A stretch of DNA of 59,449 nt, filler included. It is 5 parts of 5 records of this genome, joined end to end, with 100 filler letters (N's around TTAATTAATTAA, not from the genome) between each part and the next. Parts side by side here need not be neighbours in the genome. Positions count along the whole stretch, not along the records: positions 39,229 to 51,728 come from SRR31156797_22611; 4 more parts are not named here. One strand, given 5' to 3'. Both the position numbers and the translations under genes were made by a program. The notes under the pieces were generated by a model. That model made no database searches. It was not told the origin of the DNA and saw only the letters and a list, made by a program, of their open reading frames with translations. The first letter of the stretch is position 1; every line of letters starts with the position of its first letter. Positions 40,394-50,138 of the stretch are shown here, one piece after another.

Positions 40394-41191
40394 ATGAAAT
40401 TTATAAAAACAGAACCTACAGAATCAATTCAACAATTAAGAGAAAAATTATATCAAAAACTACATGCACCTATCGACGCCATGTGGGAAATGCTCTACAT
40501 CGCGTCATCACAACATTATCTTATCGAAAATGGGAAGGAAACATGGGGTTACTGTTGTGTTAACGATGAGGGGTGTTTGGTACAGATATTTCTTTTAGAG
40601 GCATACAATTCGAAAATGGATCAGGTGATTATTGAACTAATCAATACGAAATTAATTTCTTCGGCAAGATTAAGTTCAAACGAACCTATTGCGTTTAATA
40701 CTTGTTTGTCACTATCTAAAGATACTAAAACTAATACCTTTTGTTTTGAGCATGTAAACACAGTGAGAGATATTGAATCGAAACTAAATGTTGAATCGGT
40801 TACCACAAGTGATATTCCTTCGGTAAAAACATTTTACAAGGAGCAGATTGGTATGGATGATACCTTTGGCTACACCGAGAATCTGGTTTCGAGAAAGGAA
40901 CTATTCATGATAAAGGAATCGGATGTGATCCTTGCAACAAGCGAATGCAGATGGAGCGATTCGCAACCTGATATTGCTGATTTAGGGATTATCGTAAACA
41001 GAGATTTTCAGGGCAAAGGCATAGCCACACAGGTAATGCAATTGCAGGTGAATAGAGTATTAAAAGCAGGGCGTAAGCCCATTTGTTCAACTACTTTGGA
41101 CAATATTGCTTCGAAAAAAGCAATCGAGAGATCAGGCTTCTACTGCTCTAATATTATTTTTGATATCTTTTTTGAAAAAAAGGAGAGGTAA
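40394..41191 (+). CDS. GNAT acetyltransferase (C-terminal GNAT domain)
   Basis: DLGIIV..DFQGKGIAT and NIASKKAIERSGF motifs. Confidence 0.82.
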   Translation: MKFIKTEPTESIQQLREKLYQKLHAPIDAMWEMLYIASSQHYLIENGKETWGYCCVNDEGCLVQIFLLEAYNSKMDQVIIELINTKLISSARLSSNEPIAFNTCLSLSKDTKTNTFCFEHVNTVRDIESKLNVESVTTSDIPSVKTFYKEQIGMDDTFGYTENLVSRKELFMIKESDVILATSECRWSDSQPDIADLGIIVNRDFQGKGIATQVMQLQVNRVLKAGRKPICSTTLDNIASKKAIERSGFYCSNIIFDIFFEKKER

Positions 41192-41299
41192 ACGTAACAT
41201 TTTGTATGGATAATAACGTACAAGTCTGATGGAGAAAAACAACAGCTAGAAATAGCAACGAAAAATCCCTTCTCCTTATTACATACATACTAAAATAAG

Positions 41300-41330
41300 A
41301 ACCTTCACCTGCTTTGGTGGAGGTTTTTTT
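41300..41330 (+). terminator. Terminator of the TetR-GNAT-GNAT operon
   Basis: AACCTTCACC-TGCTTT-GGTGGAGGTT followed by a T-run. Confidence 0.65.
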
Positions 41331-41415
41331 ATGATTCATTCTAAAGAGAATAGAAAAAGAAAAGCCATTTCGCGATAAGAAATGACTTTAGGTAAAGAGT
41401 ATTGTTCTACTTATT

Positions 41416-41964
41416 TTAATTCACCATTTCCAAGCTAATTTCCGTATCAAGCATTTTCTCGAAAGGCAAAGAAAACTTTATCTGACGACCAATTGTAGCT
41501 GCCTCGTTTGCCGAATAACCTTCGTGTTGAATCAAGTAAGCCATAAATAAGATGGTCGCTCTTCCTGCACTACGACAGTGAATTAAGAGTTTCTCATCTC
41601 CTTTAATCAATTTCTCGAATTTCGCCAGGTTTTCAGGCGTGTAATCTTTCGATCCGCCAATTGGCAAAGAGTGATATTCAAAACCCAGTTCTTCAGCAAT
41701 GTTTTGTTCACTATAGGCATAAGCCGAGTAATCCTTATTCTCTTTTTCTGTGCGCAGGTTAATGATCTTGTTTACACCTTGCGATTTGTACCAACGCAAT
41801 GCCTCTAAACTTGGTTGCGCACTCAAATAATAGTTTTGATATTTAAACGACCCTTTAAAATCTTTGATGATTTCAACAGAATCTGTTTTTATCATTTTGT
41901 CCTGTGCCTGCAAACTGCTAGCTAAGAATAAGCTTACTAGTAAAAATAGAGTGGATATTTTCAT
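41416..41964 (-). CDS. Exported DUF442/PTP-like (CX5R) phosphatase or sulfur-transferase domain protein
   Basis: Signal peptide; SAQP, IINLR and IHCRSAGRA motifs. Confidence 0.75.
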   Translation of the reverse strand: MKISTLFLLVSLFLASSLQAQDKMIKTDSVEIIKDFKGSFKYQNYYLSAQPSLEALRWYKSQGVNKIINLRTEKENKDYSAYAYSEQNIAEELGFEYHSLPIGGSKDYTPENLAKFEKLIKGDEKLLIHCRSAGRATILFMAYLIQHEGYSANEAATIGRQIKFSLPFEKMLDTEISLEMVN

Positions 41965-42136
41965 CGTATTTAAGTATGTATTACTGATTATTTAAAATGG
42001 AAGCCAAACATCGCTAAAAAAATAGATTTTGGCAAGGAGAATTCTTACCTATCTGCTTCTCTCTTTATATGATGGAATACTTGTGGATGCTTGCGTGTAA
42101 TAATTCCTTATTTTTGCCAAAATAAACGATATACTT

Positions 42137-42580
42137 ATGAGATATTTTCTGATGATACTCGCCCTGGTGGTTGGTTGTTTATTGCCTATACAGGCAAGTA
42201 TTAATGCCAAATTGGGAACTTTTCTTAAAGCACCTTTAATGGCGGCTTTGGTCAATTTTATTGTTGGTGGTTTTATTCTATTGATGGTTATAATTGGAAC
42301 ACGTACGCCCAATAATATCATATTAGCAATAAAAGAAGCCCCTGTATATGCTTGGATTGGAGGTTTGATGGGATCAATTTATGTTGCTTCAATTATTTTC
42401 CTGGTACCGCGATTGGGTGCCGCCTTAAGTTTTGGACTAATTGTATGTGGACAATTGGTTTTTTCATTAATTCTGGATCATTTCGGATTGTTTGGTGTTC
42501 CTGTGCAACCTGTAAATTGGGGACGTATTGCTGGTGTTTTATTGATTCTAGGAGGGATATTGGTGATTCAAAAGTTTTAA
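42137..42580 (+). CDS. DMT-superfamily transporter (YdcZ/DUF606)
   Basis: QASINAKLG, W.GGLMG, PRLGAA and GQL..SLILDHFGLFG motifs; TATTTTTG promoter element at 42109-42116. Confidence 0.9.
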   Translation: MRYFLMILALVVGCLLPIQASINAKLGTFLKAPLMAALVNFIVGGFILLMVIIGTRTPNNIILAIKEAPVYAWIGGLMGSIYVASIIFLVPRLGAALSFGLIVCGQLVFSLILDHFGLFGVPVQPVNWGRIAGVLLILGGILVIQKF

Positions 42581-42718
42581 AGTACCAATGCATCAGGGAT
42601 ACAAAGAAGTTCTATATTGCTCTGTGTTACTTCGTGAATGACTTTCGTGTACTTTGTGGTGATTATTTTCTAATTTTAAGTCTTCCAAAAATCAGTACCA
42701 AAGCCTAAACACAATTCT

Positions 42719-44059
42719 ATGTCTCGATTAACTTTAAATGTGATAACAATTCTCCTGATTCTTATTAGTATTTCATGTTGCGATAAGAAAGAGATTTCCA
42801 GTGAGAAAGCTTTTGTTGAATGGGGAAAGCAGCATGCAGTTTCTCTAAATTCTTTAAATCCAACAGATGATAAGGAAGATTTAAAAGCGATTGCAGATGC
42901 TATTGGCGATGCCAGAGTAGTTGCCATTAGCGAAGGATTTCACAACTGCAAGGAGATGATGCAGCTGCACGAACGATTGATCCGGTATCTTGTGAAAGAG
43001 AAGGGTTTTAATACGGTAATGACAGAAAGTGGTTTCCCGGAATCGCGCATGGTTTACGATTTCATTCATGGCAAAGAAGTGCAGGGAGATGTATATACCG
43101 AAGGTTTTAATAAAATGTATGGCGCCTGGAAAGAAGGTCGCAGTTTAATTGACTGGATGCAAGAATACAACCAATCTCACGACAATGTATTGCGATATTA
43201 TGGTGCTGATATAGGTGGATTTTATACCAACTGGTATCCTCCTGTAAAACGAATTACCGATTACTTGAAAGCAGTTGATCCAAACTATGCAAAGCAATTG
43301 AGAAAACGTCTCGACCCGATCTTAAAAATCATGGGAAAGGAGAAAGCGAGAGTCAATTACCAGGAGAAACTCAGTGCAGAGCAAAAAGCAAATTTAGCTA
43401 TCATTTTAGATGAGGCAGTAGCTCATTTTGATCGAAACAAAGAACAATTGCTTACCAAATGGAACGAAGAAGAATACCAATGGGCTAGACAGAGTGCAGT
43501 TGCCATGCGCATGGCTGAGAACTATTATAGGAATTATGCCGATAGAAAGGGCAAAGCTCCATATCGATATGCCGGCTTGAATGGGAGAGAGTTGATGATG
43601 TCGCACAATGTGCTGTGGGCTTTAGAACAAAGAAAAGAGGCGAAGATCATCCTGATCAATCACGTGATCCATACCAAAACCAAAAGTCAGAAACAGGATG
43701 ATGTTTGGGGCTATTTCACACCTATGGCTCAAATTATCAAGCAAAATCTGGGCGATGATTTCTTTGCAATAGGAATGTGTTACGGAGGTGGGAAATTTTG
43801 GAACAAATGGCAAAAACCTACCGAACGTTTTGTCGACAATATTCAGCCTGCGAAAGAAGACGGAATGGAAACAACTATGAAATCTATTTCCGATAAATCC
43901 TATTTCATACATTGGGAAAAAGCACCAGCAATTGCACAGCCATGGTTGAATAATGAATTAACTCTGCGCGAGAACGATTACTATACACTAATGGAACCAA
44001 TTGAATGGAATGCCTGCATTTATTTGGATGAGGTGAATCCGGGAACTGCGCTTGAGTAA
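42719..44059 (+). CDS. Erythromycin esterase (EreA/B)-family lipoprotein
   Basis: Lipobox-like SISC; IGDARVVAISEGFH, RYLVKEKGF....ES, LIDWMQEYN, YYGADI and RELMMSHNV.W motifs. Confidence 0.8.
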   Translation: MSRLTLNVITILLILISISCCDKKEISSEKAFVEWGKQHAVSLNSLNPTDDKEDLKAIADAIGDARVVAISEGFHNCKEMMQLHERLIRYLVKEKGFNTVMTESGFPESRMVYDFIHGKEVQGDVYTEGFNKMYGAWKEGRSLIDWMQEYNQSHDNVLRYYGADIGGFYTNWYPPVKRITDYLKAVDPNYAKQLRKRLDPILKIMGKEKARVNYQEKLSAEQKANLAIILDEAVAHFDRNKEQLLTKWNEEEYQWARQSAVAMRMAENYYRNYADRKGKAPYRYAGLNGRELMMSHNVLWALEQRKEAKIILINHVIHTKTKSQKQDDVWGYFTPMAQIIKQNLGDDFFAIGMCYGGGKFWNKWQKPTERFVDNIQPAKEDGMETTMKSISDKSYFIHWEKAPAIAQPWLNNELTLRENDYYTLMEPIEWNACIYLDEVNPGTALE

Positions 44060-44079
44060 TCGTGTAAATACTGAAAAGA

Positions 44080-44110
44080 ATAAGTGAGCTAAATTGGTTA
44101 ACTCACTTAT
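44080..44110. terminator. Hairpin between convergent genes
   Basis: ATAAGTGAG...CTCACTTAT. Confidence 0.5.
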
Positions 44111-44153
44111 ATCACTTCAAGGTAAATGTAAAACAGCCTAACTGTTTTAAGGG

Positions 44154-45308
44154 TTATTGTTTGTTGCAATTTTTGCCATAAGTCAATCGTCTCCAAACTC
44201 CTTCTAAAGGACCAAATTGGTATTTCTTAAGCCATAATTTACTGAATGTAATCTGGAATTGAAGGATAACAATAGCAATTAAAAATATCATGTAAAGAGG
44301 TAGTTTGGCAAAGTACGCAAACCCAACTCCATAAAATATCAGAATACAAATTACCGATTGCATAATATAATTGCTTAGTGCCATGCGTCCCATTGGTGCT
44401 AAGCCTTTCAGAAGCTTTTGTCCTCTCCGGGTTTCCATTATCATAGCGATAAGCGAGATGTAACTAAGGGCTAAAAATAAATTTCCGATGATACTAAATG
44501 AATAGGATACATAAAACATGAGGTAAGTGCCTATTAGTCCTATAATTAAGAATAAAAGAAGATATTTTGCCTTTCGTGCTTTCTCCGATAAGAACCCAAT
44601 TCCAAATAAGTAAGCGCCTAACAAGAATAATAGTAGTGTACTAGGCGTTACTCGCATATACCTGGGAATGGTCCATAAAATTGACATTTGTTTTTTAGTA
44701 ATGAACCACATGCCGGCAAATCCATCATTTCGAACTTTATCAATTAAATCGTTTGGACTTACACCCGGAAGTTCAAATTGCGCGATGCGTTCGGTACTTT
44801 CAACCGAAGTTGCTGCTACACTTTGAGAGTAGGCTACCGAAAAATGAACAAGAAATAACAATACGGCTACAATTAAATATGTTTTTGGTTTCATATTACG
44901 CATTGGAATCAATAAAAATGCGAATAGAGCATAAATAGTAACGACATCTCCAGCCCAAAAAGTAGAGTGAAATACGCCAATAAGTATGAGAACGAACATG
45001 CGCCAGCTAAAGAATTTCAAAAATCCATCTTGCTTGCTTTTGCGAAATTGCATGAACAAACCAGCACCAAAAAGAATCATTAAAATTGGGTAAAATTTGC
45101 CTTGTATAACAGAGGCGGCAATCATGGACAAAGATTCATTTAAACTAGCCATAGGCATGTTATTCAAATCGGATATTGGAGTAAAAACATGACCGCTTAA
45201 AATAATAATATTAGATAATAGTACGCCGGCTATGGCAAAGCCTCGAAGAACATCGAGCAGTTCAATACGATTGGCAGCTTGAGTAGGATAGAAGTTATTT
45301 CTCATCAT
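44154..45308 (-). CDS. DUF418 (YeiB-like) membrane protein
   Basis: RIELLDVLRGFAIAG, GKFY...LFGAG, GRMALSNYIMQS and QFGPLEGVWRRLTY motifs. Confidence 0.9.
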   Translation of the reverse strand: MMRNNFYPTQAANRIELLDVLRGFAIAGVLLSNIIILSGHVFTPISDLNNMPMASLNESLSMIAASVIQGKFYPILMILFGAGLFMQFRKSKQDGFLKFFSWRMFVLILIGVFHSTFWAGDVVTIYALFAFLLIPMRNMKPKTYLIVAVLLFLVHFSVAYSQSVAATSVESTERIAQFELPGVSPNDLIDKVRNDGFAGMWFITKKQMSILWTIPRYMRVTPSTLLLFLLGAYLFGIGFLSEKARKAKYLLLFLIIGLIGTYLMFYVSYSFSIIGNLFLALSYISLIAMIMETRRGQKLLKGLAPMGRMALSNYIMQSVICILIFYGVGFAYFAKLPLYMIFLIAIVILQFQITFSKLWLKKYQFGPLEGVWRRLTYGKNCNKQ

Positions 45309-45395
45309 TAATAAGTTTTGTTATTTGATGAGCAAATATGCTTGATCTGAAGATAGCAAGGGGCTCATCTTTATAATATGAGACCTCTTTAGAGC

Positions 45396-46514
45396 TTAAT
45401 CTATAGCTTCTTTCTTATATTGAGTTGGTGTTACTCCTGTGTATTGTTTGAACAATCGGTTAAAGGTGGCTTTCGAATTAAAACCACAGTCAAAGGCAAT
45501 GGCAACAATGGTTAAGTTTTTATATTCATCATCTATAAGTCGTCTTTTTGCCTCATTAATTCGATAAGTATTTACAAAATCATAAAAATTCTGATTCAGA
45601 TTATTGTTGATTGTATATGACAAAACATGAACAGGTAAGTTCAGTTTTATAGCAATGTCTTGAATTCGAATTTCATTGTTTAAATACACTTTTTCATTTT
45701 CCATATAGCTGATGAGGATATCTGTGTATTTTTGTGCTGATTTTTCGGATGTAATTTTTTTGGAATCACTTGAAGATTCAAATTTCTTTTCACTTTGTGG
45801 CTGAACACTTACGAAAATACTTCCCTGATTAATGCCATAGTATCCTATTACGATAATAAAAGCGATAAAAGTAAACTTGATTGTCCATGACACATAATAA
45901 GGGATATCCAGATTCGTGAAATTGAGTGCATAAACATTAACACAATCAATAAACCAAATCGTAATTACTCCAATTAAAAGTTTACGCATCCAATTCAAAC
46001 TTATTTTGTCGGTAGATGAATGAGTATTCTGTAAATATTCTTTGTGCCCATTTAGTATTTTAATGATCCAAATGAAATAAACCGGTGCCGATAAATATTG
46101 CAGGAATGTGCCAATGGAAAGATTTAATGGCAGATTAATAAATTTATCTGTGAAGTAGAGCCATTTTTCACTATCCTCGCGAAAAGCAAAAGGCAATATG
46201 ATTAGAAATGTTCCCAGTATGGGAAGTGAATGATAAAACAACTGTTTCTTCGTTATCTTTCGTCCAATTAATGAGGTAACGTAGAAATACAATAATGGTC
46301 CATAAGTAAGTGCAACTAAAGTGATGCATAGGATAATGTTTGGATGGCTTTTCCACAAAGCATATTTAACTGAGTAAATGTTTAGTAAGTATAAGCAAAT
46401 CACAAAGAAGAAAGCTGCTAAAAATTTATCAGCAGTTTTCCTTTGCTTTTTTGTTATTAGCAATAGTGAGAATATAAGGGCTTGAAAAGCTCCCAAACCA
46501 ACAAATAAAAACAT
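45396..46514 (-). CDS. Membrane-anchored AraC-family regulator
   Basis: Several N-terminal TM helices (YGPLLYFY); C-terminal NFYDFVNTYRI...IAFDCGFNSKATFNRLFKQYTGVTP. Confidence 0.92.
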   Translation of the reverse strand: MFLFVGLGAFQALIFSLLLITKKQRKTADKFLAAFFFVICLYLLNIYSVKYALWKSHPNIILCITLVALTYGPLLYFYVTSLIGRKITKKQLFYHSLPILGTFLIILPFAFREDSEKWLYFTDKFINLPLNLSIGTFLQYLSAPVYFIWIIKILNGHKEYLQNTHSSTDKISLNWMRKLLIGVITIWFIDCVNVYALNFTNLDIPYYVSWTIKFTFIAFIIVIGYYGINQGSIFVSVQPQSEKKFESSSDSKKITSEKSAQKYTDILISYMENEKVYLNNEIRIQDIAIKLNLPVHVLSYTINNNLNQNFYDFVNTYRINEAKRRLIDDEYKNLTIVAIAFDCGFNSKATFNRLFKQYTGVTPTQYKKEAID

Positions 46515-46564
46515 CTTGTTCTATTTTATAATTCGATTAATATTTACTCAGCTAAATTGTCTGT

Positions 46565-49126
46565 TTATTCTGTTTTCCTCAACACCAAATCTCCAGTCTG
46601 AAGTATTTTTAATTTTAAATTCTCAGGATAATCAGGTCTTTCTTCTAAAAATTTTCGAGTGATATCTCCAGCTTCTTTCGATTGGTGTCCGCTATAACTT
46701 GCACTTAGCCAATTGTAAGGAAAGAAAATATCGCCAGTTACCTGGATTTCTTTCAATAACTCCAATGCTTGAGGCAAGTAGGTCAATGCTTCTTTTTCTC
46801 TTAGTGGATGATTCAAATAACGTAAGCCATCCAATGCCCAACGCTCAATTTGTCTGTTCTCTTCATTCTTTAAACTTTCAAAAAATGCTTTGCGAATTTC
46901 AGGATCGGCAGAAAGGGAAGGGGCAACGAATTTCATTTTCTTTTTACGATCTGGATTTTTGATTCTTTCAGTTTGTGTTTTGATCAACTCATCAGACTTC
47001 TCGGGCATCTTTATTGCAAGCTTGCAAGCCAATGCTGTTGCTTTAGTTTCGGAAAGAGAAAATCCGCCAATGGCAATTTCTTCCTTCCAAACTTTGTAAA
47101 GCTGATCTAATTTCTCAGGGCTTTGTGCAATACTAGCAAAGGCAGAATACAGACTTGATTTTTTGCTCATGTCTTTTTCTGTACTTAAACGAATCCAAAG
47201 GCTTTCTTCCAGTTTTGCACCTATTTGCTTTCTTTCAGCGGCATTTAAATCTAACCAATAGGCAGATTTCAAATAAGAAAGCAAGCGTTCTAAAATCAGA
47301 TTGTTCTGCTCTTTTTCAATTTGTCTTTCCAAAGCGAGAACAAATTCACTGCCGCTAATAAATCCTTCACGTAGGTTTTCATAAAGGTTGATTAAGGCAA
47401 TTCCTCTGTGTAAATCATTTGTTACGGCATCAAGGTTTTCTAATAGAAATTGTTTGCTTTTTTCATCCAAATGGAAAAATCCATAAGCATCACCTTTTCC
47501 ATTTGCAATAATGTAATCAGGAATTTCCAAGCCATTGGTTTCTTTTATAGTAAGTTCTGGCTTGTCCATTTTAACTTTAAAATGTTTGCTGTCTTCTTTA
47601 TAACCCAAAATTAAATTCAAATCCTGTGTCCAGTTTCCATCATTTCCTTTGGTATCTTTTTGTACGATTTTAAATTCGCTTATCTTATCATTGCTGGTAC
47701 TAATAATGTTGGTAATATAAGGTCTACCTGCCTTGTCAACCCAAACCTTGCTCCACTCCTTTAAATCAAATTCTGTGGTCGCATCCAGAATTGCAATCAA
47801 GTCTTCCCAACTTGCATTTCCATAGGCATACTTCTTCATGCATGTTTGTAATCCACTTTTTAAATCTTCTTCACCCGTTATATTTTCTAGCATGTTCATC
47901 ACTATTGGCGATTTGTGATAGATAATTGCTCCATATACTGTTCCCGCATCTTTCAAATTTGGCAATACCTGATTTACAGGATTGGCTCCACTTGTTCTGT
48001 CAACACTAAATGAACTTGGAAAATGAGCCATCTGGAATTTTAGATCGTGATTCATTTCCGGAAAACTAGGATTAGTGATCTTATCAGCAAGGAAGTTGGC
48101 AAATACCTCTTTCAACCAAACCTGATCGAACCATTTCATAGTTACCAAGTCGCCAAACCACATGTGAGCAGTTTCATGAGCAATTAAATTGGCACGAGCC
48201 AACAATCTGTTTTTGGTAGCATTTTCATCCAAAAACATTCTGGACGCATTGTAAAGAGTTGCGCCTGTGTGTTCCATTCCTCCATACTGAAAAGATGGAA
48301 TCACCACGATGTCATATTTTGCAAAAGGATAAGGTACGTCGGTATAATCCTCCAACCAATCCAAAGACTGAAACAACAAGCTAAAGATTTCATCGCTGTT
48401 GCGTTCCAGTTTCTCCTGATCTGTTTCGCGATGATACATCGTGTGCTTTCTTCCATTGTGCTCTCTTGTTACCGTTTCGAATTTACCAGCTACAAAAGAG
48501 AAGAGGTAGGTTGGAAGTGGCTTTGTTTTTGCAAATTTATAATGGCTTTTATCCTCTTTATCCACCTTAGAATCCAGTTTGCCATTTCCCATTGCTTTCC
48601 AATGTGATGGAACGCTTAGGTTCAATTGAAATACAGCTTTTAGATTTGGTTGATCGAAACATGGAAAAGCAGTTCTGGCTCTGTCTGGAACGAAAAGAGT
48701 ATATAAAAATTCATCGTTACGATTTAAGGAGGTGTTTCCAGTGGTAAACTCAATTTGGATTTTATTTTGTCCTATTATTAGTTCTTCTTTTGGAATGATT
48801 AGGTGTTCTGATTCAAATCGATAGTTAGAAATTTTACCATTACAAATTACCTTATGAATCATATTTGCATTTTCTCTAAAGTCAATTTGTAAATCCTGAT
48901 CTGTTGATAGCAAATCAAAACTGATGGTGTTTTTACCAGGAATTTCATCGTTTTTAAATTCAGGAATGTCAAAACTCAATTCATATACTAAATTGCTAAT
49001 GTTTGCTTTTCTGTAATCGGCTAATGCTTTAGCTACTCCAGCTTCAACAGGTAGAGATTGATTGTTGTTTGTACATGCAGTAATCAGCATGCAAATCAAA
49101 ATCATTAGTGTTAGTTGTTTGTTCAT
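46565..49126 (-). CDS. pepN: M1-family aminopeptidase (lipoprotein)
   Basis: GGMEH, HETAH-x18-E zinc motif, IIYHK; lipobox ITAC; start placed at MNKQLT, downstream of a TATATTTG promoter element (49151-49158). Confidence 0.9.
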   Translation of the reverse strand: MNKQLTLMILICMLITACTNNNQSLPVEAGVAKALADYRKANISNLVYELSFDIPEFKNDEIPGKNTISFDLLSTDQDLQIDFRENANMIHKVICNGKISNYRFESEHLIIPKEELIIGQNKIQIEFTTGNTSLNRNDEFLYTLFVPDRARTAFPCFDQPNLKAVFQLNLSVPSHWKAMGNGKLDSKVDKEDKSHYKFAKTKPLPTYLFSFVAGKFETVTREHNGRKHTMYHRETDQEKLERNSDEIFSLLFQSLDWLEDYTDVPYPFAKYDIVVIPSFQYGGMEHTGATLYNASRMFLDENATKNRLLARANLIAHETAHMWFGDLVTMKWFDQVWLKEVFANFLADKITNPSFPEMNHDLKFQMAHFPSSFSVDRTSGANPVNQVLPNLKDAGTVYGAIIYHKSPIVMNMLENITGEEDLKSGLQTCMKKYAYGNASWEDLIAILDATTEFDLKEWSKVWVDKAGRPYITNIISTSNDKISEFKIVQKDTKGNDGNWTQDLNLILGYKEDSKHFKVKMDKPELTIKETNGLEIPDYIIANGKGDAYGFFHLDEKSKQFLLENLDAVTNDLHRGIALINLYENLREGFISGSEFVLALERQIEKEQNNLILERLLSYLKSAYWLDLNAAERKQIGAKLEESLWIRLSTEKDMSKKSSLYSAFASIAQSPEKLDQLYKVWKEEIAIGGFSLSETKATALACKLAIKMPEKSDELIKTQTERIKNPDRKKKMKFVAPSLSADPEIRKAFFESLKNEENRQIERWALDGLRYLNHPLREKEALTYLPQALELLKEIQVTGDIFFPYNWLSASYSGHQSKEAGDITRKFLEERPDYPENLKLKILQTGDLVLRKTE

Positions 49127-49204
49127 TTTGGTTTTTGTTAGTTGTTCGTACAAATATAATAGAGAGCTCGCCATATATGACTAATGATGTTTACTATTTT
49201 AGAC

Positions 49205-49240
49205 AAAAAAAGAGCAAAACTCAAATTTGAATTTTGCTCT
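49205..49240 (-). terminator. Terminator after DUF1338 gene
   Basis: AGAGCAAAA...TTTTGCTCT with a T-run on the minus strand. Confidence 0.65.
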
Positions 49241-49259
49241 CTTAATTAATTGACTGTCT

Positions 49260-50060
49260 TTATACCTCTCTGAAGTTTGTACTGTCGAATATTTTATTGG
49301 CATTCGCTGCAATGAAACCAGAAAAGATTTCACCTTGCTCATTAGGATAACGAATGGCAAATTCATAAAAACAAGCAGGGATATCGTATTCTCCTTCTTC
49401 AAATTCAAACTTAATTATCTCTGAAAGTGTAGAAGACTGTTGCAATAATTTTTCAGGAGTTCCTTTAATTTCTCCTCCTGAAGTGTTCATCTCAAAGCCA
49501 TTGTCTTTCAAAAATTGATTTACTTTTTCGATGGTATCGTATTTTTTAAGTGCATTAATGCTAACTGTAAAATGATTTACTCTAAAACCATGAACTAACA
49601 GCCAGGCTGCATATTCTGATTCTTTTCTCAGGAATTGGTAATCAGCATATGTTGGTTTTCCCCAAACACAGCCTTTATGGATTAAATCCGGATCTCCATA
49701 ATAAGCATTGCCTACAGAATTGATTCTTCCTTTTATGACTTTTTGAAATTCTTCAGAAAACTCTGATAAAATCAACTCGGAAATGAAAACTCTTGGAGCA
49801 TCTTCGGTAGGATGTTCTAAATGTACAGCATTTAAATGCTTGTCTTCAAATTTGTATTCCCCAACAAATTCGTATCCGGCTTTAAGGAATTTCTTTGCTA
49901 AAACCTGAATATTCATTCTTGGATCATCAAAGGTTCTAAAAGCTACATGATCGTTTACAACCAATTCGTTTTCTTCTGTGAAAAGATTATGAATGGCTTG
50001 AGCAGAAGGATTCTGAGCAGTGTATTCCTTCCATAGGTCCTTAAATAATTGTTGTTGCAT
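49260..50060 (-). CDS. DUF1338 (HglS/YdcJ-like 2-oxoadipate dioxygenase/decarboxylase family) protein
   Basis: NDHVAFRT, PRVFISEL, ESEYAAW, NHFTVS, LLQQSST, FYEFAIRY and NANKIFDST motifs. Confidence 0.85.
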   Translation of the reverse strand: MQQQLFKDLWKEYTAQNPSAQAIHNLFTEENELVVNDHVAFRTFDDPRMNIQVLAKKFLKAGYEFVGEYKFEDKHLNAVHLEHPTEDAPRVFISELILSEFSEEFQKVIKGRINSVGNAYYGDPDLIHKGCVWGKPTYADYQFLRKESEYAAWLLVHGFRVNHFTVSINALKKYDTIEKVNQFLKDNGFEMNTSGGEIKGTPEKLLQQSSTLSEIIKFEFEEGEYDIPACFYEFAIRYPNEQGEIFSGFIAANANKIFDSTNFREV

Positions 50061-50138
50061 AAGTTAGAGTTTTATTTTTTCGTTAATTAAGATACAAAAT
50101 AATAACGAGGCACTCGATAGATCTTTAAAATGAAACGA

